A DNA stretch of 64,000 nt, taken from positions 278,300 through 342,299 of the forward strand of contig MFEQ01000006.1 of NCBI GenBank assembly GCA_001777665.1. Direction: 5' to 3'. Each line of letters begins with the position of its first letter. Within the stretch, counting starts at the first letter, position 1. The stretch is from Candidatus Doudnabacteria bacterium RIFCSPHIGHO2_02_FULL_42_25 (lineage in GTDB: Bacteria; Patescibacteriota; Doudnabacteria; UBA920; O2-02-FULL-48-8). This document shows positions 27,805 to 37,859 of the stretch, piece after piece. Below the pieces are notes generated by a model. It was not told the DNA's origin. It saw nothing but the letters and a program-made list of their open reading frames with translations, and searched no databases. A program made the translations under genes and the position numbers.

Positions 27805-29607
27805 TTATACTTTTACTACTTTTAGTCTTTTTCTTCCGAGCAATACTACTGGTACTAGTAATAGTCCTAGTAAGTCTGCGTAGATATTCGGATTAACTCC
27901 GGTTCGAGGAAGTTCAGTCGTAGCTCCCAAAATCTGGGGGGTCGGACTTGGACTTGCAGCTGGACTTGGAGTTGGTCCGCCAGCTGGCGGAGGTGTCGGA
28001 CTTGGAGGAACTGGGCCTGGCCCTGAAGCTCCACTACTCGAACCACCGCCCCCGCCGCCTCCACCGCCCCCGCCGCCACCTGGATTACCACCTACGTCAT
28101 TCAAGGTAAAGTGGGCGTTGAGAGTAATATCACCATTGATAGTAACCTGACAAGGTGTAGTTGGTCCTAGACAAGTATTGGCCGCAGGAGCCCCACTAGT
28201 CACTGACCAGCTGTTATCGAAATTCGAGCCTTCATCAGCAGTAGCGGTTAAGCTAACTACTGTTCCTTCATCATAAACTTGAGCACAATTATTTGCTTCG
28301 CCATTGCTGTCGCAAAGAATCAATTCATCATCGTCAGTAACTACACCTTCCCCATCGCCACTCGTGGTTATAGTCAAAGTGAATTGAAGCGGGCCCCCAC
28401 TGCCTTCATCTTCTTCGAAAACTACTGAAACATTTTTGTTAGAATCCATAGTTAAAGTACAGACTGTGGTGGTTTCCGCGGCACAGTCGCCGCCCCAGCT
28501 GACAAAATGCCAACCAGCATCAGCAGTTGCGGTCAAAGTCACGACTGTATTTTCATTATAAACATCATCGCAGTCAGTGGCTTCACAATCAATACTACCA
28601 ACATCAGAACCTGCAGAACCATCCCCTGTGACGTCAGTCACGGTCAGCGTGTACTGAATAGGTTCATGGACAATTTCGTTACAAACGCCATCATGGTCAG
28701 AATCTTCGTAGCCTTCAGGAATTACAACTTGAATTCCTTCAAGATTAGTACAAAGATCTGGATGTGGTTCTTCTTCTGTAAAAGTGTTTACTATGGTACA
28801 GCTAGCTGAACCATTGGAGCTGACTTCAACACTATCACAATTATTACTAGTCTGACTCCAATTATTATTTGGAACTGAAATTTCAGATACAGTATAAGTA
28901 CCAGGAGCCAATGTCAAAACTTCACTACCAATACCTCCATCAGTTTCGATAGTGAAATTATCGTCAGTACCCGTGGTGTAGGAAAAACCAAAAGTCCCAT
29001 TAGCGTTATGGGTTTCTTTGATCACTCTCAAAGTTCCGTTATAAAAACAAGAGCCGTCATCTTCTGTAGCTTCCTCATCAAAATTCAGAGCAGAACCATC
29101 AGTACAACCGAGCACTGGATCTGGCTCGCCATCGCCATCACATGCTCCTTCATTCCAAATATCTTCGTTGACATCATTCCAATTTTTTCCAGGATAGGAA
29201 CCAACACTATTACCGTCTTGGTAGTGGAATGGCGGAATAATGTCATTGATATGGCCATCGTGCCCAGTGATAGCACTGTTTACAGAAACATCTCCTGAAG
29301 ACTTATAAGCATCAGATGCATCCCAGTGACAAAGTGCAATTTTCTTCATCACTGCCCCGCCAAATGGATCATGATCAGCAGTAGCCATTAACGGGGACAT
29401 AGCTAAAACTAGCATGGCGATGACCATACCTGCATGCAAAAATTTGATGTTGCTTTGGCTGTTAACTTTTGATTTTCGAGCGACTCGGACTCGCCCTTTA
29501 CTCTGGGACCGAACTAGTTTTTTCTTGGAAGTACTGCGCATAGAGTTTTGACCTTTCTTTTCGCCAACTGGCGAATTAATTTTAACTGTAGACTGTAGCC
29601 TAAGCAA
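27805..29607 (-). CDS. LPxTG-anchored surface protein with InlB-B-like repeats
   Basis: Repeats V.LTATAD.G..F..W..C...C..T; Gly/Pro linker; LPRTG, TM and basic tail; true start probably near 29541. Confidence 0.85.
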   Translation of the reverse strand: MLRLQSTVKINSPVGEKKGQNSMRSTSKKKLVRSQSKGRVRVARKSKVNSQSNIKFLHAGMVIAMLVLAMSPLMATADHDPFGGAVMKKIALCHWDASDAYKSSGDVSVNSAITGHDGHINDIIPPFHYQDGNSVGSYPGKNWNDVNEDIWNEGACDGDGEPDPVLGCTDGSALNFDEEATEDDGSCFYNGTLRVIKETHNANGTFGFSYTTGTDDNFTIETDGGIGSEVLTLAPGTYTVSEISVPNNNWSQTSNNCDSVEVSSNGSASCTIVNTFTEEEPHPDLCTNLEGIQVVIPEGYEDSDHDGVCNEIVHEPIQYTLTVTDVTGDGSAGSDVGSIDCEATDCDDVYNENTVVTLTATADAGWHFVSWGGDCAAETTTVCTLTMDSNKNVSVVFEEDEGSGGPLQFTLTITTSGDGEGVVTDDDELILCDSNGEANNCAQVYDEGTVVSLTATADEGSNFDNSWSVTSGAPAANTCLGPTTPCQVTINGDITLNAHFTLNDVGGNPGGGGGGGGGGGGGSSSGASGPGPVPPSPTPPPAGGPTPSPAASPSPTPQILGATTELPRTGVNPNIYADLLGLLLVPVVLLGRKRLKVVKV

Positions 29608-29668
29608 TGTAAATTGTCAAGACTGACAAAAAAACCGCTCTTTTCGAGCGGTTTTTGTGGATTTCGAG

Positions 29669-31180
29669 CTATTGGTTAACGTTTGAAATCGGTAAACCGA
29701 TTACATACGCGAACCGACCACAATCTACAACCACGAGATGGCTGAAGCTGTGCCCTCGTTCCTCAAACACGCTAGCACTTGGGAATGGGAAACGAGTGTT
29801 GTTTTTCACTTCAAACACTGCAGCAGAATTGCCGCACTTGATGATCGATCCATCTGGATGCGAGTCATTTTCAGTGATAGCTGCATCAGTACTCATGGTT
29901 CCGAGATCAGAATCAGAAATTTTCTTGACTTGTCCGAAGGCAAATCCGAGTCTTCGGAAAGCGTTTTCAGATGTAAATCCTTTTTTCTTACCTTTGTTGG
30001 TGACAAACCAAACTGTCGCATCAGTTCCTTGAACCAGTGTTCCACCAGCTGGTAGTGCTGGTAAGTCAGTTACTGGAATTCCTGTAGGAGCAGAGGCAAG
30101 TACAGTGATGTTTTGAAATTTATGACCGCGAGCATGGAAAACTGCAGCACCACGGAAGGGCTTCAGTCTGCAAGCAGCAGCCAGATAGACAGTTGGGCTA
30201 TCCCCAATTTTGTAGAGTCGGCCATTTCTAATTCCTTGACCGCAATTTTTTCCCGTTTCTTCTTCTTCCTCATCCCCATCCTCGTCATCATCGTCAGAAG
30301 GAGGTGTAACTACTGTACCACCGAAGTCACCTGTGATAGCAGGGTCGCCAGTGGCATTATTATTGGCAGCATCTTTGATCACTGAACCTGTGACAGTGAC
30401 AGTATCACCGACTGCAACTGTTGGCACTGAAGTACCAGCTGAAAGAACAATAACCAGCTCAGTACCAGCAGTATTCCATGTCGCAGATCCGAGAGCACCA
30501 GCGCCATCTTTCCATGAATGTGTATTGTTTAAGACCAATACCGTATCAATATTAGCAGCATCGATCGTGGCTTTGTTAGTCGCTTCACCAAAAGTCAGCA
30601 ATACTCGGTCGCCGGCTTCCAGAGCAGCTGTTCCACCTGTGTTTTGGGCCACTGCTGTAGTCAGCACTGGACCTGCACTATCCGCATTGATCGCAGCTGT
30701 AGTAACAGCAACAACCGTCGGCGAATTGGCAGAGGTGACAATTCCGTCTGTAGCTAACGTTACTGTGACGCTATCTGGACTAGCCCATCCAGTAGCAGCA
30801 GTTTTCAAAACTACAAAAAACTTTCCAGCAGCATTGTTGGAAGCTGTAGTAACTGTAGTTACACTCCCGATGTTCACGGTAGTGTTGCTGCCCGCGAGCA
30901 TGTCTCCTGAATCAAATGAACCATCACCATCGTCCATAAATACTGAAACGTTGGCAAGGTCAGCAGAAACAGCAGTGGCACTGTCCACAGTGACTGCTAC
31001 AGAAGATAAGGTTTCAGCAGCATCAGCTGTAAAGGTGAACTCAATCACGGCTTTTTCGCTATCTGCAGCTACAGCAGTAGCTGAGGTGACCAGTGAGGTC
31101 GGACCCACACTGACTGAAACAGCAGCTAAAGCTACACCTGCGACAAGAAACAACCCCCCTAAAATCGCAAATTTCTTCAT
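29669..31180 (-). CDS. Secreted Ala/Thr/Val-rich surface protein with 3 C-terminal repeats
   Basis: Signal peptide MKKFAIL; acidic linker; repeats G.L.K.....VY......K.F.....F...G..F. Confidence 0.8.
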   Translation of the reverse strand: MKKFAILGGLFLVAGVALAAVSVSVGPTSLVTSATAVAADSEKAVIEFTFTADAAETLSSVAVTVDSATAVSADLANVSVFMDDGDGSFDSGDMLAGSNTTVNIGSVTTVTTASNNAAGKFFVVLKTAATGWASPDSVTVTLATDGIVTSANSPTVVAVTTAAINADSAGPVLTTAVAQNTGGTAALEAGDRVLLTFGEATNKATIDAANIDTVLVLNNTHSWKDGAGALGSATWNTAGTELVIVLSAGTSVPTVAVGDTVTVTGSVIKDAANNNATGDPAITGDFGGTVVTPPSDDDDEDGDEEEEETGKNCGQGIRNGRLYKIGDSPTVYLAAACRLKPFRGAAVFHARGHKFQNITVLASAPTGIPVTDLPALPAGGTLVQGTDATVWFVTNKGKKKGFTSENAFRRLGFAFGQVKKISDSDLGTMSTDAAITENDSHPDGSIIKCGNSAAVFEVKNNTRFPFPSASVFEERGHSFSHLVVVDCGRFAYVIGLPISNVNQ

Positions 31181-31266
31181 ATTTTCCTTATTAATGATAT
31201 TAATATTATAGTACATATTATAATCGTTTGTCATCAGATGTTCGTTACATGGTATAATTAACCCAA

Positions 31267-31776
31267 ATGCCCTCATTTTTAAGAAACAAAAACCAAGGAT
31301 TTATCCAGCACCACTTTTCTTTTGGAAAAGTGGTGACTGGATTTACACTGATAGAACTACTCGTAGTCATTGCGGTTATCGGGATTTTAGCTGCGGTAGT
31401 TTTGGTTGCTATGCAACAATCGAGAATTAAAGCGCGAGATGCCGTACGTAAAGATCAAATTCAAACAATCAGAAGAGCTTTGGAGATTCATCGGTTTGAA
31501 ACCGGAGCCTATCCAAATGGCGGAGCAGTAGGGGGTCCGAACAATGAAACTGATATTCAAAATCTCGCGGGATTCCTTGTTCCGAACTATCTCAAATCCA
31601 TCCCAAATGATCCGAAAAATTCACCACAAAATTACAGGTATGTCTGGCGGCAGGCGGGAGCCGCGATGGGATTGTTTGTTCCATTTAGCAATGACGGTGG
31701 GACGAGCTGTAAAATTGTCACCCCAGGTGCTCAAGCTAATTGGTTTGGCAACGGCACCCCAATTTGTAATTTTTAA
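31267..31776 (+). CDS. Type IV pilin / GspG-like prepilin
   Basis: [33 protein letters not shown]. Confidence 0.92.
   Translation: MPSFLRNKNQGFIQHHFSFGKVVTGFTLIELLVVIAVIGILAAVVLVAMQQSRIKARDAVRKDQIQTIRRALEIHRFETGAYPNGGAVGGPNNETDIQNLAGFLVPNYLKSIPNDPKNSPQNYRYVWRQAGAAMGLFVPFSNDGGTSCKIVTPGAQANWFGNGTPICNF
31297..31345 (+). repeat. 42-nt palindromic in-frame insertion in the prepilin leader
   Basis: GGATTTA repeated 42 nt apart around ATCCAGCACCACTTTTC...GAAAAGTGGTGACTGGAT. Confidence 0.75.
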
Positions 31777-31779
31777 CTT

Positions 31780-32322
31780 ATGTCCTCCAGGGTATTCGCT
31801 TTACTATGTCTAATAGTTTTAATGCTCGTTGCCGGATTTTTCTTTGTGCAGCAATATGATCAAAATAACCCAGCTGATGTTATAGTCACGCCTACGCCAG
31901 AAGCAACTCCACTTCCCTCACCGCAACCAATCACATCTCCGACGCCGCCTCCGAGTATTACTCCAACTCCAGAACCAACCCCCACGCCGACGCCGACGCC
32001 AACCCCGACTCCAGAACCCATACCTACTCCAACCCCGCCACCTACCCCCAAAACTGTCACTGTTTATATGAACAATAACACCTTTAACCCCTCTAACCTC
32101 ACGATCAACAAAGGTGACACTGTCAAATTCGTGAACGATGACGATGTCTCCCACTGGCCAGCATCAAGTCCCCATCCCACGCACACTACTTATCCTGAAT
32201 TTGATTCAAGCAGACCCATAGCCGCTGGCGGAAGCTGGTCATTCACTTTCACCTATGTCGGGGCTTGGAGTTATCACTGCCATCTCCATCCCAGTATGTC
32301 AGGATTTATTACTGTCCAATAA
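31780..32322 (+). CDS. Membrane-anchored cupredoxin with (PT)n linker
   Basis: F.P..L.I..GDTV.F.N...H and YHCHLHPSM copper ligands. Confidence 0.9.
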   Translation: MSSRVFALLCLIVLMLVAGFFFVQQYDQNNPADVIVTPTPEATPLPSPQPITSPTPPPSITPTPEPTPTPTPTPTPTPEPIPTPTPPPTPKTVTVYMNNNTFNPSNLTINKGDTVKFVNDDDVSHWPASSPHPTHTTYPEFDSSRPIAAGGSWSFTFTYVGAWSYHCHLHPSMSGFITVQ

Positions 32323-32367
32323 AAAATTTCACTTTAAAAATAGCCCGGTCACCCGAGCTGTTTTTAA

Positions 32368-33273
32368 TTATTTATTCTTTTTCTTGTTATTATCATTACT
32401 CGTGCTTTGGATTACAGAAGGCCCGGCAAGTCCTGAATTATTCCCGAGTGGACACGGATCTTGCAAATCTTCGTATTTGTCCTTCAGTGTATTATAAGCA
32501 CCGTTTGATCCGGGATATACGGCTTGGAACTCACTTGTCACCTCTGCTGGTGTATGTGGAAAGCCATCTATCGTTTTTGCATTGAGATAAGCAGACACAA
32601 TAATTCTACCCAAAGCATTTAATCCACCGCCGCCCTGTTCCAAAACTTGCAGTAAAGACTTTCCTGGAAAAGCATCTTCTCCAAACACAGTCAGGAACAA
32701 AGTATTTGGGTAAATGCCATCACTGGTTGGGTAGCTCCCAAAGTGCTGTTCCTGCTTCCAATATCCAGGACTGCAACCTTGGACTGGAGGAATGACTGTA
32801 ATTGTAATTTTACAGCCATAGTCCCCTCCCTCAATCACGATTTCCCCATCATGATTTTGAGAGACATGTCCTTCTATTGCTGGAACATTAAATTTGACTT
32901 GCCAATGATCAGCTGGATCAGTTTCGGTCACTGTGGCCGAAACCAAAGTATCCGGTTCCACCGGCAAATCAATACTGGTTAAATCCAAAAATGGACACAA
33001 ATTTTTTAGCCCGTCTACCGGATCCAATGTAGTAAAGTATTCAGCAAAATTATTATCAGTATCCAGCTGAACCGTGTATGTCTCATCCACATTTTCACCA
33101 GGAAAGACAGTACCGAAAGGAATGGCAGTATGCGAAACTAAAATCACATCAACCGAGGCATTAACTTTTAACGTGCTGCTTTGAACCAAACTTAATCCAG
33201 ACACCAACAACATAGTGACTATGAGTAAAGCCAAACGCTTGATAACTTTATTTCGAAAATTCTCAAATTGCAT
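32368..33273 (-). CDS. Secreted protein of the SipW operon
   Basis: Signal peptide, FGTVFPGE motif shared with upstream paralogs, GCSPGYWK C-terminal domain. Confidence 0.75.
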   Translation of the reverse strand: MQFENFRNKVIKRLALLIVTMLLVSGLSLVQSSTLKVNASVDVILVSHTAIPFGTVFPGENVDETYTVQLDTDNNFAEYFTTLDPVDGLKNLCPFLDLTSIDLPVEPDTLVSATVTETDPADHWQVKFNVPAIEGHVSQNHDGEIVIEGGDYGCKITITVIPPVQGCSPGYWKQEQHFGSYPTSDGIYPNTLFLTVFGEDAFPGKSLLQVLEQGGGGLNALGRIIVSAYLNAKTIDGFPHTPAEVTSEFQAVYPGSNGAYNTLKDKYEDLQDPCPLGNNSGLAGPSVIQSTSNDNNKKKNK

Positions 33274-35389
33274 CTTCTGGTTCCTCTACTGGTTCCTCTG
33301 GCAAAACTGCTGAATTCTGTTCCGGGTCTGTGCTTTCGATCGTTTCTGGCGCAGGCACTGACTCTGGTTCTGGCTCTGGCTGCGATTCCGGTTCGGATTG
33401 TGGTCCTGGTTCCGTTTCGGTTGACTCAACTTCTGGTTCTGGCTCAAGTTCCGTTACCACAGACATTGCCGGCTCTGAATACTCGGGTTCGGAATTTTCA
33501 TAAACAATCGGATCAGTAAGCCTAAGATTGGTTGAGAAAAATTCCAAATTCGGGTCACCTGGGGTCGGATCTGGGTCAATCCAATTCGCAGTACCGTCTG
33601 GTACCCTAGAAAACGATTTGTTGTCCGGTACCGGGGAGTAAGTATATACTTTTTGATCAATTAAGATGCCCAGACCAATCGCGGCATTATAAAGTCTCAC
33701 CGTATCTCCGCCACTATTATTCAGTTCAAAATCAGCATCGCCATCTCGATAGACAACCAAGCGCTCTCCTGGATCAACTGTTGTCACCCCAGCTACCACA
33801 TTGGCTGTGCTAATTATTAATTCATTAGCATCATTGTTGTCATAGAGAACATAATTATTCACATCAATTGATGCGTTCGTGCCATTATACAATTCCACAA
33901 ACTCACCATCAATGTCAGACCCGGTTGGATTGGGCAAAAATTCGTTGATTAAAAGTTGATTAAGCGTATCGATTTCTTCCCCACAAACAATTTGATCTGG
34001 CAACTCTCGATAATTCACTGTGACATTGCTTTCAAAATCTATCGCGGCATTAGTAGCTGATGTACCGTGTGTCGCAAATACGGCGAGAACAACTCGGTTA
34101 GCATTGATGTGGATATCACCGTTGGAAGCGTACAGCACAGCATCACCCAAATCAGAATTATCATTGGAAATTTCTATAGCTGCATTGTCACCAGCTTGCG
34201 CTGCTGCGGTAGAGATAAGCAAGAAAGCACCAGAACCATCGCCAGAGCCATTGCCCACAAAATTTACGTTATTATCGATGTCGATTGTGCCGTCAACGAT
34301 GATCGTCACAAAATTATTACCAAGCGCTGGGTCTTGGGTAAGCGTTGTGTTTTGTTCTATAACCAAATTGCCGTGCACATAAACAGGGCCTGCAAAAGTT
34401 ACAGAGTTACTGCCATTGAACACAAGGTTGCCCATAATTTCGGTTGGGCCTAATTCAATCCCAGATGTGCCGTTGGGAAAAACAAAACTTCCATTGACTG
34501 TACCTCCGGCTTGCGCATTTGCTTGCCAGGTTGGAATTTGGACATCAGGCAACGTTGTGGTTGGTGCTCCTTGAGTAGTTGAACCACTGATTATATAGTT
34601 AGCAACTGATACTGCACCTGAGGCAGTAGCATTGCCATTGATGTTTCGGTTCGCGCCACCACCACTCGCGGTAATATCGTTATTCGATCGCAAATCTCCA
34701 TTGATAATAATATTTGCAGAAGCTATAAAGTCATCATTCGTCGGATTATCCCCCGCTGCCAATACTGCTAAATTCGTTGGAAAAACCACATCTGTCGGTG
34801 GGCACAAAACATCGAAATCATAAACTTTGGTATTGATAATACTCTCGTGAGCCAATCCATCTGCTCCATCACAGGCAATTGCTTTGATGACTGTATCAGA
34901 AGTGAGGGAAAGTTGAATCAATTCTGTTTTCAAATCACCCCCGCCATCTGCATCATTTGGCTCACCACATACTGGGTCAGGAATAGTACTAGGGTTGAGT
35001 CCTGACCCATAAGTATAGAAGATATATGTCGCATCCGGATCATCATCGGTCATGACCACATCCACAGTCCCAGCTAGCCCAGTACCCCCAATTAAACTAT
35101 TGTTGTCCACCGCACCAGGTAGGGTCAGAATCGGAGGCTCTATAAAAGCAATTTCTGCGGTGACATTGATGATATGGGCTTCGTATGCTGATAAGAATGG
35201 AACAGCTGAAAGCATAATTACTAAAGTCATAGCAGTCATCTTGAATCCGCGTTTGAAAAGTGTGCCAAAGGAATTGGATGACGAGACAAAGTTACTCTGC
35301 GAAGTAGCTAAAATCCGCACGCGAACATTCCCCCGTTTCCGCGGTGGGATAATATCGAAATTATTAATTGGATTGCTATGTTGAATCAT
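33263..35389 (-). CDS. SipW-type substrate with lamin-tail domain
   Basis: SAYEAHIINVTA after a hydrophobic helix; INEFLPNP...EFVELYN...PTPG; Glu/Pro-rich tail. Confidence 0.8.
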   Translation of the reverse strand: MIQHSNPINNFDIIPPRKRGNVRVRILATSQSNFVSSSNSFGTLFKRGFKMTAMTLVIMLSAVPFLSAYEAHIINVTAEIAFIEPPILTLPGAVDNNSLIGGTGLAGTVDVVMTDDDPDATYIFYTYGSGLNPSTIPDPVCGEPNDADGGGDLKTELIQLSLTSDTVIKAIACDGADGLAHESIINTKVYDFDVLCPPTDVVFPTNLAVLAAGDNPTNDDFIASANIIINGDLRSNNDITASGGGANRNINGNATASGAVSVANYIISGSTTQGAPTTTLPDVQIPTWQANAQAGGTVNGSFVFPNGTSGIELGPTEIMGNLVFNGSNSVTFAGPVYVHGNLVIEQNTTLTQDPALGNNFVTIIVDGTIDIDNNVNFVGNGSGDGSGAFLLISTAAAQAGDNAAIEISNDNSDLGDAVLYASNGDIHINANRVVLAVFATHGTSATNAAIDFESNVTVNYRELPDQIVCGEEIDTLNQLLINEFLPNPTGSDIDGEFVELYNGTNASIDVNNYVLYDNNDANELIISTANVVAGVTTVDPGERLVVYRDGDADFELNNSGGDTVRLYNAAIGLGILIDQKVYTYSPVPDNKSFSRVPDGTANWIDPDPTPGDPNLEFFSTNLRLTDPIVYENSEPEYSEPAMSVVTELEPEPEVESTETEPGPQSEPESQPEPEPESVPAPETIESTDPEQNSAVLPEEPVEEPEDAI

Positions 35390-35850
35390 GGCTTAAAAGT
35401 TCTGGCAATTACTCCGACAAAAGGTATCCGAAGTGGACTGTCCCCAATATATACAGCGCGCCCAATCACCTGGTCTTCTGTGATCGGATTGTCTTTGCTG
35501 CTGTTGGCATCCCCTTTCGTAATTAATTTCCCATCTTTTTTCTCCACCAATCTGTGAATCGTAAATCCTCTGGAATTCTGATAAATAATTATTTGTCCCA
35601 ATTCCACTTCACTGCCCGACACTCCTTTCATAAAAATCAAATCATTCGTTTTGAGTGCTGGCCACATCGATCCCGAAGTAATCGTGGCCATCGGGTAGTC
35701 TGTATGCAGTGCTTGCGATAGAATTTTCGGCGTGTAGTAAACTGCTGCTCCTACAAATACAACATAAAGCAGCAATTTAACCAGCCGAATTGCTATTCGC
35801 GTGCCGAGTGATCTTTTTGGTTGTTCAATTGTTTCCACGGCTTCAATCAT
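35386..35850 (-). CDS. SipW-like (S26B, ER-type) signal peptidase
   Basis: ITSGSMWP.L, TIHRL, TKGDAN..D: Ser/His type, unlike the Ser/Lys LepB. Confidence 0.9.
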   Translation of the reverse strand: MIEAVETIEQPKRSLGTRIAIRLVKLLLYVVFVGAAVYYTPKILSQALHTDYPMATITSGSMWPALKTNDLIFMKGVSGSEVELGQIIIYQNSRGFTIHRLVEKKDGKLITKGDANSSKDNPITEDQVIGRAVYIGDSPLRIPFVGVIARTFKP

Positions 35851-35859
35851 AGAATTTAA

Positions 35860-36303
35860 CTACCAAATCTTAGGGATCTGAAAAACCCAAACTTTTCCTT
35901 TGTAATATTTGTACTCGGCACTATTTGGAATATGAACGTTGAACTCCAGCCGTTCAGTTTGACCAGGTTCGAGGGTAAAATAATTTTTATTGACTTTCAT
36001 AAAATCCGAGATAGCTCCGAATTTCCAAACCATGACATAGGTTGCGGTATTTCCTTTACTTTCGAGTGTCACGGTCCTGACTGCACTCTTGTCTCTCGGC
36101 AAATCACCAAAGTCCAATCGCTCCCCTGTTGGGTTAACACCAATCTTGTCCTCTTCGATTACTTGAACCAGTGCCTCGTACTTTGCAGCGTTAAAAAACT
36201 GCACTGCTATAAACATCAGAACTAATACCAAAATTCCGTACAAGACCCAACGCAGCCAGGATTTTTTCGGCTTAGATTCTACATTAGTAATTTCTTGTTC
36301 CAT
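35860..36303 (-). CDS. Single-TM beta-sandwich protein in the SipW operon
   Basis: TM helix, GVNP...LDFGDLP, beta-rich sequence. Confidence 0.7.
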   Translation of the reverse strand: MEQEITNVESKPKKSWLRWVLYGILVLVLMFIAVQFFNAAKYEALVQVIEEDKIGVNPTGERLDFGDLPRDKSAVRTVTLESKGNTATYVMVWKFGAISDFMKVNKNYFTLEPGQTERLEFNVHIPNSAEYKYYKGKVWVFQIPKIW

Positions 36304-36386
36304 AAAATTAATTAATTATTTCATCCCTCACTCCTCCCCGCCAAAAATTGACGGAGAGAGAGTGAAAGATCAAACTAGTTTAATCT

Positions 36387-37835
36387 TTACTCGGGGCAAA
36401 CAGTCAAACCTACTAAGATGGCTTGCAAATCGTCGAAGTCAGTGGCAGCGAAGTAATGTGCTGCATTATCTGCAATATCAGTTTGCAAGAATGTAGCATC
36501 TACATCACCACCAACACCAACTACGAAAATTTCCACTCCAGCTAATCGTGCTGCATCTGCTTCAGCAGCAGCTGCGGCTTTGGCTGTAGCTTCGTTGGTT
36601 GGCTGATTTGGATTACCATCAGTGATAACGACGATAATATCTTTCACAGCTGGCCGTTCATGCTCATGACCATTATTCAGTTCGGCGTTAGCCAAATCTA
36701 ATCCTTCGAAAAGATTAGTTAAGCCGCCAGAGGTTAGAGCATTGATAGCAGTGTGGACATCAGCTTCAGTACCAGTTAGATGAAGATCCAAAGTTCCTGT
36801 GCTCGAAAAACTAGACTGTCCAACATGGACTCCAACTCCAGTCGGAGCCAGAGCAGTGGCGAATGCATTCGCAGCATTCTTGAGCGTGGTTAATTCACCA
36901 GCATCAATACTGCCACTTCGATCCAGGACCAACATCAGATCTATCTGTTCCTCACAACCGATCTCGGTCAGAGAAATTCCAGTTACTTCAATCCACAAAT
37001 CCGTGCCAAACACCAAGTGTTCTACCTCGGATGGCAATCGAAATTCTTCAGGTACATGGAACCCTGGAGTATCGTCGTCAAGGTCATTTCCTTCATCATC
37101 AGCTTCTTGCGCACAATGATTAACGAAACATGGGACCTTGAGATCAATCGTCCAGTTATCAGCTATGTCCTGGGCTGATTTCGCCAATCTACCTACAGCT
37201 ATAAACCCAGGATTCAAGATACTTACGTCCTCCCAGAAATAAGATTCATGGAATGCTTCCACTGATTTATCATTATCAGTTTCAGACCCATCTTCAGTGG
37301 TTTCATGCTTGGATAGATAGTTGGCTAACGGAAGATAACAATATCTCCAATACTCATCCAACGGATTATAAGCTCCGTATGGAGAATTGAGAGGGAGATT
37401 ATCTTCACAGTACTCCCAGGCCGGGCCCTCGAATCCCTCGATATCGAGTGAGCTATATGGATCGCCAGGGAACGGATTCATATTCGAATCACATCCCTCC
37501 AGCGGTACGTCGCCCGCCACTTGGCGAGTTTCGCCACAAACCCATCCGCCTTTGACTTTCGGCTTTTGCTTAATGACATACTCAACGTCATCCACACGAT
37601 TTTCACCCTGGAATGAATCCGACAATTCCACTTGGATATCCCTAGTCAGATATTCTTGTGGGAACACGGTGCCGAATTCGAGCGGGCCTTCGCTGACCGA
37701 GAGTGCGTTTTCAATTCGAGCCGTGACGTTCACAATATGCGCTTCGAATGCTGAAAACGCTGCAGCACCAGCGATTATAACAACTGCTGTTATACCCCCT
37801 AACCCTATTTTCCTCAACCATTTAATGTTTTTCAT
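36387..37835 (-). CDS. SipW-type substrate with C-terminal vWA domain
   Basis: FSAFEAHIVNVTARIEN, FGTVFPQE; MIDAS DRSGS, T, ITDG. Confidence 0.88.
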   Translation of the reverse strand: MKNIKWLRKIGLGGITAVVIIAGAAAFSAFEAHIVNVTARIENALSVSEGPLEFGTVFPQEYLTRDIQVELSDSFQGENRVDDVEYVIKQKPKVKGGWVCGETRQVAGDVPLEGCDSNMNPFPGDPYSSLDIEGFEGPAWEYCEDNLPLNSPYGAYNPLDEYWRYCYLPLANYLSKHETTEDGSETDNDKSVEAFHESYFWEDVSILNPGFIAVGRLAKSAQDIADNWTIDLKVPCFVNHCAQEADDEGNDLDDDTPGFHVPEEFRLPSEVEHLVFGTDLWIEVTGISLTEIGCEEQIDLMLVLDRSGSIDAGELTTLKNAANAFATALAPTGVGVHVGQSSFSSTGTLDLHLTGTEADVHTAINALTSGGLTNLFEGLDLANAELNNGHEHERPAVKDIIVVITDGNPNQPTNEATAKAAAAAEADAARLAGVEIFVVGVGGDVDATFLQTDIADNAAHYFAATDFDDLQAILVGLTVCPE

Positions 37836-37859
37836 TTTAGGTTAGGTTAATAAGATTTA

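Noticed and set aside
30041-30055. LPAGG as another PPAGG palindrome
   Set aside because: The DNA TCCACCAGCTGGTAG differs at several positions and could be chance.
30333-31211. Long antisense ORFs (also 38359-38982 and others opposite dnaK and uvrA)
   Set aside because: Shadow frames of well-supported genes on the other strand.
31886-32050. (PT)n repeats, and the Gly run at ~28040-28082, as DNA repeats
   Set aside because: Codons vary synonymously, so these are ordinary low-complexity linkers.
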